Shown in pieces: positions 1 through 10,655 of a stretch of 64,000 nucleotides of DNA (the stretch's first letter is position 1; each line of letters begins with the position of its first letter). Location: positions 608,001 to 672,000 of the forward strand of contig CALSNU010000002.1 of the NCBI GenBank assembly GCA_943787795.1, written 5' to 3'. The notes under the pieces are model-generated. The model did no database searches. It was not told the DNA's origin and saw nothing but the letters and a program-made list of their open reading frames with translations. The translations under genes and the position numbers were made by a program. The stretch comes from an uncultured bacterium. GTDB taxonomy: Bacteria; Planctomycetota; UBA1135; GCA-002686595.

Positions 1-213
1 ACCTATGACCAGCTCACGCCCTACATGGACGTGGCCTTCGAGGCCTTCGGTCCGAGGCGGCTGATGTTCGGTTCGGACTGGCCGGTGTGCACCCTCGCGG
101 CCCCCTACACCCGCGTGCACGAGGTCTTCTCCCGCTGGAGGGCGTCGCTCTCCATGGTGGGCGCGACGGTGGACAACGAGGCAGCTATCAAGGCGGCCTA
201 CGGGCTCGCCTGA
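1..213 (+). CDS. Amidohydrolase_2 family protein (sugar lactonase-like), 3' end only
   Basis: Frame open from base 1; C-terminal motif [18 protein letters not shown] typical of amidohydrolase_2/L-fuconolactonase-like enzymes; stop at 211-213. Confidence 0.8.
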   Translation, partial: TYDQLTPYMDVAFEAFGPRRLMFGSDWPVCTLAAPYTRVHEVFSRWRASLSMVGATVDNEAAIKAAYGLA

Positions 214-214
214 G

Positions 215-253
215 CGGGCCTTTCGGAGGAGCCTGTCGGGGGAGCCTGTCGGA
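215..253. repeat. 13-bp tandem repeat x3 (first copy degenerate) between convergent genes
   Basis: cgggcctttcgga / ggagcctgtcggg / ggagcctgtcgga. Confidence 0.5.
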
Positions 254-281
254 GGGGGCGAGACGCGACTCCTCCTCGAAG

Positions 282-1589
282 TCAGCGCGCGAGGATGCGC
301 TCGGCCTGGGCCCGCATGGGGTGACCGGGAGCCAGGGCCTTGGCGGCCTCAAGGGCCTCGACGGCCTCCCCGCGGCGGCCCGCGTTGAACAGCGCCATCG
401 CCCGCAGGTAGGCGGGCTCGGCCAGGGCGGGGGACGCCTTCCGCCACTGGTCGATGCGGAAGAGCGCCTCCTCCCAGCGGTTCATGCTGCCCAGCGCGGT
501 GACCCAGGCCTGGTAGCCGAGGTTGTCGAGGGGTGCGGAGCGCGCGACGGTCTTGAAGTGCCCGTCCGCCTCCTCGAAGGCGCCCGCCTCGGCGTCGAGG
601 AGTCCCAGCATCCGGTGGGCGTCGAGGTCGGCGGGGGTGGCCTCGAGGACGGCGTCGAGCTGGGCGCGGGACTCGGGGATCCGGCGCAGCTCCATCAGGG
701 CGCTCGCGAGATAGAGCCGCGCGGTGCGGTTGTCCTCGTCCACCGTCAAGACGCGCTGGAACTCCACGGCGGCGGCCGCGAACTCGCGGCGGCGGACCAT
801 GGCCTCACCGCGCTGGAAGTTCATGGCGGCGGACCGCGAGCGGGTCATGATGTCCCGGCGCACCGAGTCGCCCAGCTGAACCTTGGCCTCCTCGGCCGCC
901 CTCTGGCGCGCGGTCACCGCCGCGGCCTCGTCCACGCGCTGGAGCATGGTGAGCCCCTGGCCGAGGGCCGTGGCCAGCGCCGGGTCGCCGGGGAAGCGCT
1001 CGTGCAGCCGGGCCAGCCGCTCCACCGCGGCCTCGGCCTCTCCCTGGTCGAGGAGCGCCCGCCCGATGCCCAGCTCGGCGTAGTCGTACTCGTAGTCGAG
1101 GCCTTCCGAGACCTCTCGGGCCCGCTCGAAGGCGGCCAGGGAGCCGGCGGCGTCACCGCTCACCAGCAGGAAGTCGCCGAGGCGCGCGAAGATGGGGGGG
1201 TAGTCATCCCGTAGCTCGCCGGCCCGCTCGAAGCGAGCCGCCACCTCGCCGACCTCCCGCTCCAGCATGGTCCCCAGCACCGCGTGGTCGTAGACGGCCT
1301 TGAACAGGGTCGGGTCCAGCTCGATGGCCACAGACAGACACTCCTCCGCCTCCTCCAGGAAGAAGTGTGCGTCGAGGGCCAGGCCCAGCTCGCTCCACCT
1401 CTGAGCATCCCCTGGATCTGCCACGACCGCCGCCCGGGCAGCGCCGAGCGTCTCGGCCACCAGCGGCTCCATGGTGCTGGTGTCCAACACTGGCGGAGCT
1501 GGGCGCACCTCTGTGGGCGCTGTCCCTCCGCACGCGGTCAGCAGCAGGGAGAGGGCCGGGAGGATGAGAGTGAGCAGAGTTCGGGTCAT
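282..1589 (-). CDS. Tetratricopeptide-repeat lipoprotein
   Basis: Lipobox LLTAC after a hydrophobic N-terminus; repeated Ala-rich helical TPR units (LGLALD, AIELDP, LGDFLL, LASALM); ATGA overlap with the upstream gene. Confidence 0.85.
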   Translation of the reverse strand: MTRTLLTLILPALSLLLTACGGTAPTEVRPAPPVLDTSTMEPLVAETLGAARAAVVADPGDAQRWSELGLALDAHFFLEEAEECLSVAIELDPTLFKAVYDHAVLGTMLEREVGEVAARFERAGELRDDYPPIFARLGDFLLVSGDAAGSLAAFERAREVSEGLDYEYDYAELGIGRALLDQGEAEAAVERLARLHERFPGDPALATALGQGLTMLQRVDEAAAVTARQRAAEEAKVQLGDSVRRDIMTRSRSAAMNFQRGEAMVRRREFAAAAVEFQRVLTVDEDNRTARLYLASALMELRRIPESRAQLDAVLEATPADLDAHRMLGLLDAEAGAFEEADGHFKTVARSAPLDNLGYQAWVTALGSMNRWEEALFRIDQWRKASPALAEPAYLRAMALFNAGRRGEAVEALEAAKALAPGHPMRAQAERILAR

Positions 1590-3331
1590 CGGATGGCCTC
1601 GCCGCTGCCGCGGAGGAGCTGGTGCACACTTCCGGTCTTCAGCCCCACGAAGCGCTCCCGGAGGCCATTCGTCCAGCGCAGCTCGACGTCAACCTGTGCT
1701 CCCTCGCGGGTCCCGGGGACGCCGAAGTGCGCGCGGGGGTCGCGGCTGGACTGGTACCCGTCCGACGCGCGGGTCGTGCGCGTCAGCTCGAAGTCAGGCG
1801 CCGACACCTTGACCTGAACGCCGAGGCCGGTGGCGCTCGCACCATCGACCCGGGGGTCGATCGTGATCCAGTCGCCCTCGCGGGGCGCGTCGTTGCGGAG
1901 CACGCGCGCGGCGTTCTCGTTGCCGGTGACCACGAGGTCGACGTCACCATCGCCGTCCAGGTCGCCCTGGAACACGCAGCGGTCCACGAGTAGCGGGCCC
2001 GTGAGGGCGCGGGCTCGCTCCTTCTCGTCGGTGAAGCGTGCGCCGTTGGCCAGGAGCAGAGAATTCTCCTCGGCGAGCTGCGCCCAGGCCCCCTCGAGTT
2101 CGCAGCCCTCGGGGACCGGTCCGATGCGAACGCGCCCGTTGGCGATGGCGAGGTCCAGGTCCCCGTCCAGCTCCACGTCGAAGGCGGCCACGCCGAAGCC
2201 CGTGTTGGGCCGGGTCATGACCCCCAAGCCCGCCTGCCCGGTGCGGTCGCTGAAGGCGCCGGCGCCCCGGGCCCGGTAGAGGGTGTGCGTCTCCTCCTGG
2301 AGGTGCGTCATGAAGAGGTCCGAGAGCCCGTCTCGGTCCAGGTCCTCCACGACCACGCCCATGCTGGCCTCGGCGAAGCCGTTCTGGTTCAGGGCGATCC
2401 CGCGCGTCGCGCCCTCGTCGCGCCAACCGCCCTCCCCGTCGGGGACCCAGAGCTGGTTGGCCTGGCCGTCATTCGCGACGTAGACATCCAGCCGGCCGTC
2501 GCCCGTCAGGTCCTCGAGGACGACGCCGAGCCCCGGGGCGGGCACGGCCACGAGCCCCGCCTCGGCGCTCGCATCGCGGAAGGACCCGCCCTCGTTGATG
2601 AGCAGCACGTCGTGGACGGGCGCCCCGCTGCCCGGCGGGCAGTAGGTGCGCCGGCCGGCGGCGTCGTTGCAGATGATCTTCGAGTCGAGCTCGATGTAGC
2701 GAGCCACGAAGAGGTCGAGGTCGCCGTCGGCGTCCACGTCACCGAAGGCTGCCGAGGTGGACCACCCCGCCACGCCCGCTCCCCACTCTGCCGTCGCGTC
2801 CTTGAAGCGCCCGCCGCCGTCGTTCAGGAAGAGAGCGTCGGTCCCCTGTTGGGTGACGTAGAGGTCGACGTCCCCATCGCCGTCCACGTCGCCGGCCGCC
2901 GCGCCCATGGCGTAGCCGGTGAGGGGTGCGAACCCGGCGCCTTCGCTCACGTCCGTGAAGGTGCCCTCTCCATCGTTGCGGAAGAGCGCGTGCCCCTCGC
3001 CCGCCTGGGCGGCCGTGGCAGAGCCGGGGTCTGCGCCGCCCTGGAGGAGGAGGAGGTCGAGGTCTCCGTCGCCGTCCATATCGAACAGCGCGCCGCCGCC
3101 GCCCATGATCTCCGTCAGGATCCAGTCCCCGGCCGCCCCGGAGCCGTGGGAGAAGCGGACGCCGCTGGACGCCGTCACGTCGGTGAACAGCGGGCTCGTA
3201 GGCTCATCGGCGGCCTTCGATTCAGGCGTGCCTCCGGCGGGCGTGTCGCCCCCGCAGCCGTAGAGGCCCAGGCTGACCAACCCGAACCAGGCGAGGGGGC
3301 CGGCGGAGATTCTGCGATCGCGAGCCTTCAT
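1586..3331 (-). CDS. CRTAC1/ASPIC-UnbV family FG-GAP repeat lipoprotein
   Basis: FTDVTASSG, multiple DxDGDGDxDL repeats, EASMG, C-terminal GYQSSRDPRAHFG...W ASPIC/UnbV motif; lipobox LYGC. Confidence 0.9.
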   Translation of the reverse strand: MKARDRRISAGPLAWFGLVSLGLYGCGGDTPAGGTPESKAADEPTSPLFTDVTASSGVRFSHGSGAAGDWILTEIMGGGGALFDMDGDGDLDLLLLQGGADPGSATAAQAGEGHALFRNDGEGTFTDVSEGAGFAPLTGYAMGAAAGDVDGDGDVDLYVTQQGTDALFLNDGGGRFKDATAEWGAGVAGWSTSAAFGDVDADGDLDLFVARYIELDSKIICNDAAGRRTYCPPGSGAPVHDVLLINEGGSFRDASAEAGLVAVPAPGLGVVLEDLTGDGRLDVYVANDGQANQLWVPDGEGGWRDEGATRGIALNQNGFAEASMGVVVEDLDRDGLSDLFMTHLQEETHTLYRARGAGAFSDRTGQAGLGVMTRPNTGFGVAAFDVELDGDLDLAIANGRVRIGPVPEGCELEGAWAQLAEENSLLLANGARFTDEKERARALTGPLLVDRCVFQGDLDGDGDVDLVVTGNENAARVLRNDAPREGDWITIDPRVDGASATGLGVQVKVSAPDFELTRTTRASDGYQSSRDPRAHFGVPGTREGAQVDVELRWTNGLRERFVGLKTGSVHQLLRGSGEAIR

Positions 3332-3630
3332 GGTCGCTGGATCCTATCGGCCCGCCAGCGGTTCCGGCGCGAGTCACTCCTGGCCTCTCCCGGCGAGCGA
3401 CGGGCACGGCATCAGTTTGACGCAAGCGACCGCGACGTGAGCCGCCGCGGCTGCAGATCGAGGCCCCAGGTGGGGGGCGCGGTCGACGCCCGGCGGTTCG
3501 CGCGGCGCCCTTCGGGCTCCACCGGGTGGGTCGATCGGGGATCTCGGGTCCGGGACACGGGAAGGCCATCGTTGAATGGAGGGGCGTGGCTAGACTCGAA
3601 TGGGTCCCGCTCACTTGCCCCCTCAAAGCC

Positions 3631-5982
3631 ATGGCCTCCACCCGAATCGCGCTGCTCACCCTCCTCCTCGGCCTCGGGCTCGGCGCAGGGATCGGGTTCC
3701 TCCTGGGGGGTGATGGCCGACCGGCCGTTCAGGCCGCGGACTCGTCCATCGTTCGCAGAGCCGAGCTCGAGCGGGGAGGCTCGGCGGAGGCGCTGTCCCT
3801 CGCGGCCCTGGGTCCGGCGGACCGTGGGTCGAGTTCAGGGGTCAACACCGACGCCGCCGATCGCGTGTTGACGGCGGAGGCGGACGGTTATTCGGACGCG
3901 GCGCTCGCTCGTATCTCCATGGAGACGGAGGGCGCTGAGGATGGCCTGACCGGCGTCGGGACGATCACCGGGACGGTCTTTGACGGCGACGGAGCGCCCC
4001 TCGCGGGGGCCACGGTCGTGACCGTGAACTTCTACTCCGCGGGCGAGGGGAGCAACCGCGGGCGGAGCACGGAGAGCGTCGGGCGGGGATGGTCTGGACC
4101 GACGGAGGTCCGCGGGGCGCTCGCCGCCAACGCCAAGACACTGCTCGAGAAGCAGCGCCGCCAGCGAACCACGACGACCGACGCAGCGGGCGGCTTCGAG
4201 TTCGCGGATCTGCCTGCGGGGCGCTTCACTCTGAGGCCTTACCTCGAGGGGATGGTCTTCGAGAGCCAGACGGTCCGCGTCGGCGAGAGCGCCCAGTTCA
4301 TCGGCAAGCCCGTGTCGGAGTACCACCTCGACCTGCGTCTCCCCGACGGAACGGTCCCGGAGGAGGCGACCATCGCGCTCATCGGCGAGCGGAGGACCAG
4401 AGGGTCCTACCGCTGGACCAGCGACGACCCGACGATCCGCCTCACCCGCTCTACGGCCTCCTTGAAGGCCATGGTCGGCCGCGTGCAGGGCGGAGAATAC
4501 GGGCGAGCGGACTCCTCCGAGCTGGCCTCTGACATCAAGGTCATCGACCTGGAGCACGACGGTGAAGGGCCACACCTCTTCGAGCTCAAGGCGCGCTCGC
4601 TCCTGTGGGTCACCATCGAGGACGAGTCCGGCCTCGTGCCGCGGATCGAGCCCTGGGTGAAGATCGTTGAGGCGGCGAAGGCCGAGGGCGAGGACCCCGA
4701 TGACCTCTTTGACGAGAAGAGGTCTCTCGCCAGGACCCCGTCTGGCGCCTTCAGCGTGGCGGATCTGGACGCGGGCAGCTACCTGCTCGGCGCGGGGCTC
4801 GGCGCTGGACCCGTGCAGGTCACGGCCGAGGTGCTGCTCGATGGCGGACTCGTCGAGCAGTCGCTCACCCTTGGCGGGGTGGACATGGCCGAGTTCTTGG
4901 TCGTGCGTTGCACCGGGCCGTCCGGCAAGAATCTGCTCGACGTCTCCTTCTCACAGCGTGAGGAGCGCACCGGCGGTGGATCGGGTAGCGGACGGGTGAA
5001 GTCGATCGCCCGGGGGCCGGGGACGTACTGGCTGCCCATGAGCGAGGTCCTCGACGGCAACGAATGGAACGAGTTGACCTCGGTCGAGTTGACGGCGACC
5101 GCCGAGGGCTACGGCGAACTCATCCAGCCGCTGGTCCAGGGACAGAGTGAGGTCTCCATGTCGTTCCAGCGCAGCGCGGAGCTCCTGGTTCGGGTGACGG
5201 GGGATCTCTCGCCCGGGTTCATGGTCAGCGCGGTGTCCATCGTGAAGAAGGACGATGGCGGGGATCGGCGGCTGCGTTCCTCACGCAGCGCGACCCGTGT
5301 CAGCAGCGAGGGGACCGCTCGGATCCTCGGGCTCCAGCCCGGCCTCTTCCGGGTCGAGCTGAAGAGGGCATCCCAGGGCAACCGCGGAAGGGGCGGCGCG
5401 GCGATCGCCTGGCAGGAGATGACCGTTCGGCCGGGCGCCCAGGAGGTCTCGTTCCGCGCCCCGACCTTCCATCGATTCGTGGTCCACGCGCCGGACCTCT
5501 CGGAAGGAACCGGGTTCTGGCTGGAGCGGGAGGGGTCCCCGAACAGCGGCTGGTGGGGCGGCAGCGCGAGCGCAGAGCTCGACGATCAGCACCGCGCGAC
5601 CTTCGAGGACGTGGCGGCGGGCGAGTACAAGCTCAAGACCTGGTCGAACTCGGGGCAGTCCTCGATGGACGTCACCGTCCCCTCGGGCGAGGTCCTGTTC
5701 GAGGTCAAGACCGTCAATGCGTACCGCGTGGGGTCCGTGAGTGAGGGCAAGCTCGGCGAGGCGGCTGGCCTTCAGGTGGGGGACCTGGTGACCGCCGTCA
5801 ACGGCAAGGCGGTCGACCGAGACTCGTTCTGGAACCGCCTCACCCTGGACCTCGGCACCGAGGCGGTCCGGCTCACGGTGGACAGGAACGGCGCGGTGAT
5901 CGACGTCGAGCTGGGTCCCGGCAAGCCGGGCACGAACATCTCTCGGCAGATCGGCGTCAACTGGGAGCCGACCAGCCGCTGA
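3631..5982 (+). CDS. Membrane-anchored protein with carboxypeptidase-regulatory-like Ig domains and a C-terminal PDZ domain
   Basis: N-terminal TM helix; ITGTVFDGDGAPLAGATV and TTTDAAGGFEFADLPAGRFTL motifs; C-terminal AAGLQVGDLVTAVNG...LTVDRNG PDZ signature; ATG 3631 chosen over 3526. Confidence 0.7.
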   Translation: MASTRIALLTLLLGLGLGAGIGFLLGGDGRPAVQAADSSIVRRAELERGGSAEALSLAALGPADRGSSSGVNTDAADRVLTAEADGYSDAALARISMETEGAEDGLTGVGTITGTVFDGDGAPLAGATVVTVNFYSAGEGSNRGRSTESVGRGWSGPTEVRGALAANAKTLLEKQRRQRTTTTDAAGGFEFADLPAGRFTLRPYLEGMVFESQTVRVGESAQFIGKPVSEYHLDLRLPDGTVPEEATIALIGERRTRGSYRWTSDDPTIRLTRSTASLKAMVGRVQGGEYGRADSSELASDIKVIDLEHDGEGPHLFELKARSLLWVTIEDESGLVPRIEPWVKIVEAAKAEGEDPDDLFDEKRSLARTPSGAFSVADLDAGSYLLGAGLGAGPVQVTAEVLLDGGLVEQSLTLGGVDMAEFLVVRCTGPSGKNLLDVSFSQREERTGGGSGSGRVKSIARGPGTYWLPMSEVLDGNEWNELTSVELTATAEGYGELIQPLVQGQSEVSMSFQRSAELLVRVTGDLSPGFMVSAVSIVKKDDGGDRRLRSSRSATRVSSEGTARILGLQPGLFRVELKRASQGNRGRGGAAIAWQEMTVRPGAQEVSFRAPTFHRFVVHAPDLSEGTGFWLEREGSPNSGWWGGSASAELDDQHRATFEDVAAGEYKLKTWSNSGQSSMDVTVPSGEVLFEVKTVNAYRVGSVSEGKLGEAAGLQVGDLVTAVNGKAVDRDSFWNRLTLDLGTEAVRLTVDRNGAVIDVELGPGKPGTNISRQIGVNWEPTSR

Positions 5983-6181
5983 GGCCTCGCCCCTTGCCGG
6001 GTACGCCAGGCCAAGATCGTCCGGGCGAGAGGCCGCCAGTCACGGGGCGGGGCGAGCTCCGGTCGCGCTCGCTTCGACGCAGCTGCAAGCCCCGTCATGG
6101 ACCGGTCCGCGGGCCCGTTGTTCGAGGGCGTATCGGTCATGGGCCTCTCCTGTGGGGCACCGCGGAGGTGAGGGGGCTCCC

Positions 6182-7447
6182 TCAGGCGAGCGGCTCTCCT
6201 TGCCTGAGCTTCAGCCCGAGCAAGGCGGCGGTGCTCACCGCGGCGAGCCCGGTGAGGTAGTAGGCGGGGGCTGCGAGGTCGCCGGTCCGGGCGATCAGCC
6301 ACGTGCTCGCCAGCGGTGCCGTGCCACCGACGATGCCGAGGGTCACGTTGTAGGCGATGCCGATGGCGCTCGACCGGATGCGAGTCGGGAACATCTCCGC
6401 CATGAGGGCGGGGATAGGGCCCTGGTTGAGCGCGATGACCATCGCGAACACCAGCTGCGCGCTCAGGACGTAGGCGGTCACGCCTGTGTCAATGACGAGG
6501 AAGAGGGGGTAGGCGAGCACGGCCATCAGCACCATGCCGGCGAGGAGGACGCGCCGTCGGCCGAGCCGATCGGACAGGGAGCCAGCCACCGGGATCAGAG
6601 CCAGGAGCGCCACCATCGCGATCGAGTTCATCGCGTAGGAGTGGGGGACCGGGGGGTCGAGCATGTCCGAGAGGTAGGTGGGCATCCAGACGAACAGGAT
6701 GTAGAAGCCGCCGGCGAAGAGGAGGAGTAGCGCGCACAGGTGCAGGATCGGCCCCCTCGCCTCTCGCAGCGCGAGCACCACCGGCGACGGCCCGGCCTCC
6801 GGCTCGGCGCGCGCCTCGAAGACGTCGGATTCTGGCAGTCCCATGCGCAGCCAGAGCCCGGCCCCCGCGATGACGACTCCCAGGAGGAACGGGATCCGCC
6901 ACCCCCAGTCGGCCACGGCCTGGGCTCCCAGCGTGTCGCGCAGGGCGGTGACCAGGAGTGACCCCAGCAGGAGACCGCCGGTCGCGGTGAAGAGTGTCCA
7001 GCTCCCGTGGAGCCCGCGCTTCTTCGCCGGCGCCATCTCGACGAGGTAGGAGATCGAGCCGATCAACTCACCGCCGATCGACACGCCCTGGATGAGCCGC
7101 AGTAGAACCAGCAACAGGGCGGCCCAGCTGCCGATCTGTGCGTGGGTGGGGAGCAGCCCGACCAGGACGGTCGGGAGCGCCATCATCAGGATCGAGAGCT
7201 CGAGGGCGCGCTTGCGCCCCATGCGGTCGCCGATGTGGCCGAAGATCATCCCACCGAGGGGCCGCATCAGGTAGCCGGCCGCGAAGACGCCGTAGACCCG
7301 GATGAGGCCCGCCAGCGAGTCGTGGGCCGGGAAGAACTGGTTCGCCATGGCCGGGGCCAGGAAGCCAAAGACGGCGAAGTCATACCACTCGAGGATGTTC
7401 CCGAACGCGCCCGCGATGACGTGGTTTGATCTGTTGCTCTTGCTCAT
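6182..7447 (-). CDS. MFS transporter, metabolite:H+ symporter (ProP-like) family
   Basis: GNILEWYDF, RPLGGMIFGHIGDRMGRK, RLIQGVSIGGE, WGWRIPF motifs. Confidence 0.92.
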   Translation of the reverse strand: MSKSNRSNHVIAGAFGNILEWYDFAVFGFLAPAMANQFFPAHDSLAGLIRVYGVFAAGYLMRPLGGMIFGHIGDRMGRKRALELSILMMALPTVLVGLLPTHAQIGSWAALLLVLLRLIQGVSIGGELIGSISYLVEMAPAKKRGLHGSWTLFTATGGLLLGSLLVTALRDTLGAQAVADWGWRIPFLLGVVIAGAGLWLRMGLPESDVFEARAEPEAGPSPVVLALREARGPILHLCALLLLFAGGFYILFVWMPTYLSDMLDPPVPHSYAMNSIAMVALLALIPVAGSLSDRLGRRRVLLAGMVLMAVLAYPLFLVIDTGVTAYVLSAQLVFAMVIALNQGPIPALMAEMFPTRIRSSAIGIAYNVTLGIVGGTAPLASTWLIARTGDLAAPAYYLTGLAAVSTAALLGLKLRQGEPLA

Positions 7448-7699
7448 CTGGTCTCCCACCCAAGGTCACGCCAAAGGCGTTCAGCTCACGACGGCCAGCG
7501 ACGGGAGCCAACCGTGGTTCCACAGGAGACCATGAGCGACGGCACGCGGGGCCCTACGCGCGACGAGCGCGCCCGCGAAGTTCGACAGAAGTTATCCCGT
7601 CGGGCAGGAGCCTCGCGGGAACAACCCCAAGAGCCGCCGCCCTGGTTCGAGGTCGCGTCGGCCGTCCGTGCCCTGCCTCTAGGTCGACCCGCCGCTCCG

Positions 7700-8170
7700 C
7701 TACTGGACCCGCTTGTGCACGGCGACCGTGAACTGGGTCCCCGGCTCGCTGACGAGCTTGGTCGGGCGCGCCTCGCCCGGCGCCCCGAAGCTGATGGTCA
7801 GCCGGTCACCATCCACCTGGTAGATGCCCTTCAGCGTGCCCCCCTCGAAGCGCCCGTTGGCGACGAACTCGTCCATGCTCCTCGGGGTCGTCGCCGTGTC
7901 GACCGTGTACGCCCCTCGGATCGTCGTGCCGCTCATGGGCTCGATGCTGTACTCGCGGGCGCCGATATGGCGCACCGCCCCCTCGAGGTGATCGAGGTCG
8001 ATATCCACGCCGCCCCGGTTGATCTGGAGGAGCAGCCAATCGCCCACGATCGCGGGATCTCCGCCCTGGGGTGTGGTGGGATCCTCTGCGACTTTCGGGC
8101 TCCCGCAGCTGGCGAACAGAGCGATAAAGGAGAGGCCAGTGGCGGCTGCGCGCAATGGTGATCTCGTCAC
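7700..8170 (-). CDS. TIGR03067-type (planctomycete) lipoprotein
   Basis: Lipobox FASC; GxW...YTVD...PRSMD...GIYQVDGDRLTISF...RP pattern. Confidence 0.8.
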   Translation of the reverse strand: MTRSPLRAAATGLSFIALFASCGSPKVAEDPTTPQGGDPAIVGDWLLLQINRGGVDIDLDHLEGAVRHIGAREYSIEPMSGTTIRGAYTVDTATTPRSMDEFVANGRFEGGTLKGIYQVDGDRLTISFGAPGEARPTKLVSEPGTQFTVAVHKRVQ

Positions 8171-8476
8171 TTGTATAGATGGGCTCCACGGGAGCTGAGG
8201 TAGGGCAAGAGCGGGCTACGCTGCTTCGATTGGAAGCAGTGGGCATCAGCCAACCGACGATACCCGGGCACATGGCGGCTGACGAGTCCGTGACGCACAA
8301 CCCAAGTCCCCCTAGGAGTGGACGTGAGGGAGTCGTCGGGCCCGCGGGCCCGACTAGGGTGATGACTTGAAGGCTGATTGGTGCGAGCCGCGGAGAGGCT
8401 GGCGCCGGGGCCTAGGCGACGGGTCTTGTCGTCAGGGAGATCGTGCTCGAAGGGCCCGAAGGTCGAGAGTACTTCC

Positions 8477-10300
8477 CTAGTCCGCCGCGGATGGAGCCCA
8501 CAAGTCGATCGCCCGCCCCCCAAGCTCGAGGCGCTCTACGAGCCTGAATCGATCGAGCGCATTCGCGTGATCGCGGCCGAACCGGTCCAGAAACGCCGCG
8601 AGCGGCGGCGGGGCCTGACGGGCACCATCGAGATCGTCGGAGAACGCGAGGAACCAGCATGAGAAGAGCTCTTCCTCGGTAAATCGACTCAGGAGAGCGT
8701 CGGTGAACGCCCCGTTATCTGGCGTGACCACGGGCCATGGGGCGAGCGGCGGTCGGCCACCAAGGAGGATCGGCGCCATCTGGACTCGATAGGTCAGGTC
8801 AATGACGATCGGGCGCTCCTCGAGGTCACCAGTGAACGCGTGTCTGCGTACTGCCCGACAGAACCTAGCGGAGTTCGCCGCGAGGAGGAGTCGGTCGGTC
8901 TCGGTGACAGCAACCTCCTCCCTCGCCACGAAGAGACTGCCCTCGATGGCCCAGGGGTAAAGGGCGGTCAGGCTCGAACCCAGGGCGGTCATGATCGCTG
9001 CGGAGGCTATGAGTTGTCGTCGAGCCCAGCGCCCGAGTCCGTCTGGGGAGAGGGTAGAGGCGAGGAATGCTGCGGGGAGCGCCAGCATCATTCCAGGGCT
9101 ACGGAGGCCGCCTTGGAGGCTGAATGCCGAGCCGAATACCAGGGCGAAGGGGGCGGCGGCCAAGGTGATGACCGCCGTACACCTGAGTGCTTCTAGGCGT
9201 AGGTGCCTGAGCGCGGCGAGGCAGAAAACGAGGTGGAGGTTGAAGCCGGTCAGGAGTGAGGCCCACAGTTCGCCCTCTGAGGCTCCTCGACCCAGGAGAA
9301 GTGACGCCGTCACGCTGGCGGTCGCGACAGGCGGCAGCCATCGCATAGCGACCTGGATCAACCGAGGACTCCTCTGCCCTCCACCCCGGAGGTACTCGGA
9401 CGCGGCGTCGGTCGCCAGGTAGACCGTGGCGGGGTAGATCAGGAAGACCGCATTCTTCAGGCAGTAGAAGGAGTACTTGATGTAGTTCTTCAGCAGGAGG
9501 GGGAAGTCGAGGACCGACTGCTCCAATCCGTGCGTGTCGCTTTCCAAGTAAAGCTGTTGCCCGGCGCTCATACTGTGCCAGATGTGGCTGGTGCTGCCTG
9601 TTACCAGCTCGAAGCCAAGGAGGAACACGAGCATCCCTGCTGTCCAACCAGCGGCCACGCGAACCAAGTTGACGATGTGCCGGCCTTTAGGGCTGGCAGC
9701 GACGACCGCCGTTGGTGCGATCAGTGCCAGGGCAAGGGCGGTGGTACCCTTCGAGATTAGGATTGGAATCAGGAACAGGCCCCCGAGGGCGGCGAGGAGA
9801 GGCACTGCCCGGTGGTACGTCTCAGGTCGACCTTCCCCCAGGGTCCGGAGGAGCGTCGCGATGAAGAGGATCGTGCAGACTAGGTTGACGCTGTTGTAGC
9901 TGGGGTCCAAGACGCCGCGATGGAAAGCACCCATGCACGCCAGAGACGTGAGAGGGACTATGGCGCTCCGTCGGAGGCTTGGGCTGGCGATGCGCTGGAT
10001 GGAGGTCCCGAGCACCGCTCCTGCTCCAATGACGGCGATGACATTGAGGTATCGGTTGATCACGATCCCGTGATCGCCGACGGTGGAGTTCCACACTAAC
10101 CCGAAGTGAGTGAAGGTCGCCTCGAGGTCCAACGGGTGGCGAATCTGAATTAGGTACGCGGCCTGATCATGCAGGTCAAGACCGATACGGGCGGAGAGCG
10201 CGAGGATTGACGCGTACAGAGCGAGGCACGCAAGGAGAGTCGCAGTTGGTGCCAGCAACTCCAGCTTCTTCTTCACGGGGGTGTTCATCGGTGGACTCAC
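8477..10300 (-). CDS. Polytopic membrane protein, putative GT-C/GtrC-type glycosyltransferase
   Basis: Many TM segments, acidic DLHDQAAYL in the first loop, SYN and KGTT motifs, soluble C-terminal tail; atypical AT-richer codon usage like the nearby gtr cassette. Confidence 0.5.
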   Translation of the reverse strand: MSPPMNTPVKKKLELLAPTATLLACLALYASILALSARIGLDLHDQAAYLIQIRHPLDLEATFTHFGLVWNSTVGDHGIVINRYLNVIAVIGAGAVLGTSIQRIASPSLRRSAIVPLTSLACMGAFHRGVLDPSYNSVNLVCTILFIATLLRTLGEGRPETYHRAVPLLAALGGLFLIPILISKGTTALALALIAPTAVVAASPKGRHIVNLVRVAAGWTAGMLVFLLGFELVTGSTSHIWHSMSAGQQLYLESDTHGLEQSVLDFPLLLKNYIKYSFYCLKNAVFLIYPATVYLATDAASEYLRGGGQRSPRLIQVAMRWLPPVATASVTASLLLGRGASEGELWASLLTGFNLHLVFCLAALRHLRLEALRCTAVITLAAAPFALVFGSAFSLQGGLRSPGMMLALPAAFLASTLSPDGLGRWARRQLIASAAIMTALGSSLTALYPWAIEGSLFVAREEVAVTETDRLLLAANSARFCRAVRRHAFTGDLEERPIVIDLTYRVQMAPILLGGRPPLAPWPVVTPDNGAFTDALLSRFTEEELFSCWFLAFSDDLDGARQAPPPLAAFLDRFGRDHANALDRFRLVERLELGGRAIDLWAPSAAD

Positions 10301-10655
10301 TCTACCGCGAGCCCAACCTGTGGGGCACCGAGGCTAGCGTTGTGTCTGGATCCGAGGCTACACGGCGCCCGGTGATCGCTGCTTCGTCCGCCAAGACTCG
10401 CGTGATCTGGGTCGGGGACATCGTGTTCCCCGTGACGGTCTCGACGAGTGGGCGTTCACACTAGCTGGCTGGAGACCGACGAACCCTGCGGTCGATCTGA
10501 GTGGCGGCGTCTGGGCTTACAGGCTGGAGATACCCATCGTCCTCGCTTGGTTCGACCGCTTCGATGACTTGCTCGTCTGGCGCTTCCACCATCTTCGATA
10601 GGGGCACGCTGAATCAGAGGGTTGAGTCTTAGTGACCCGAGCGTGGGCTCGCATG

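Noticed and set aside
10338..10611. Start-less aromatic-rich plus-strand frame (possible gene remnant)
   Set aside because: No usable start codon near its 5' end and no recognisable family motif.
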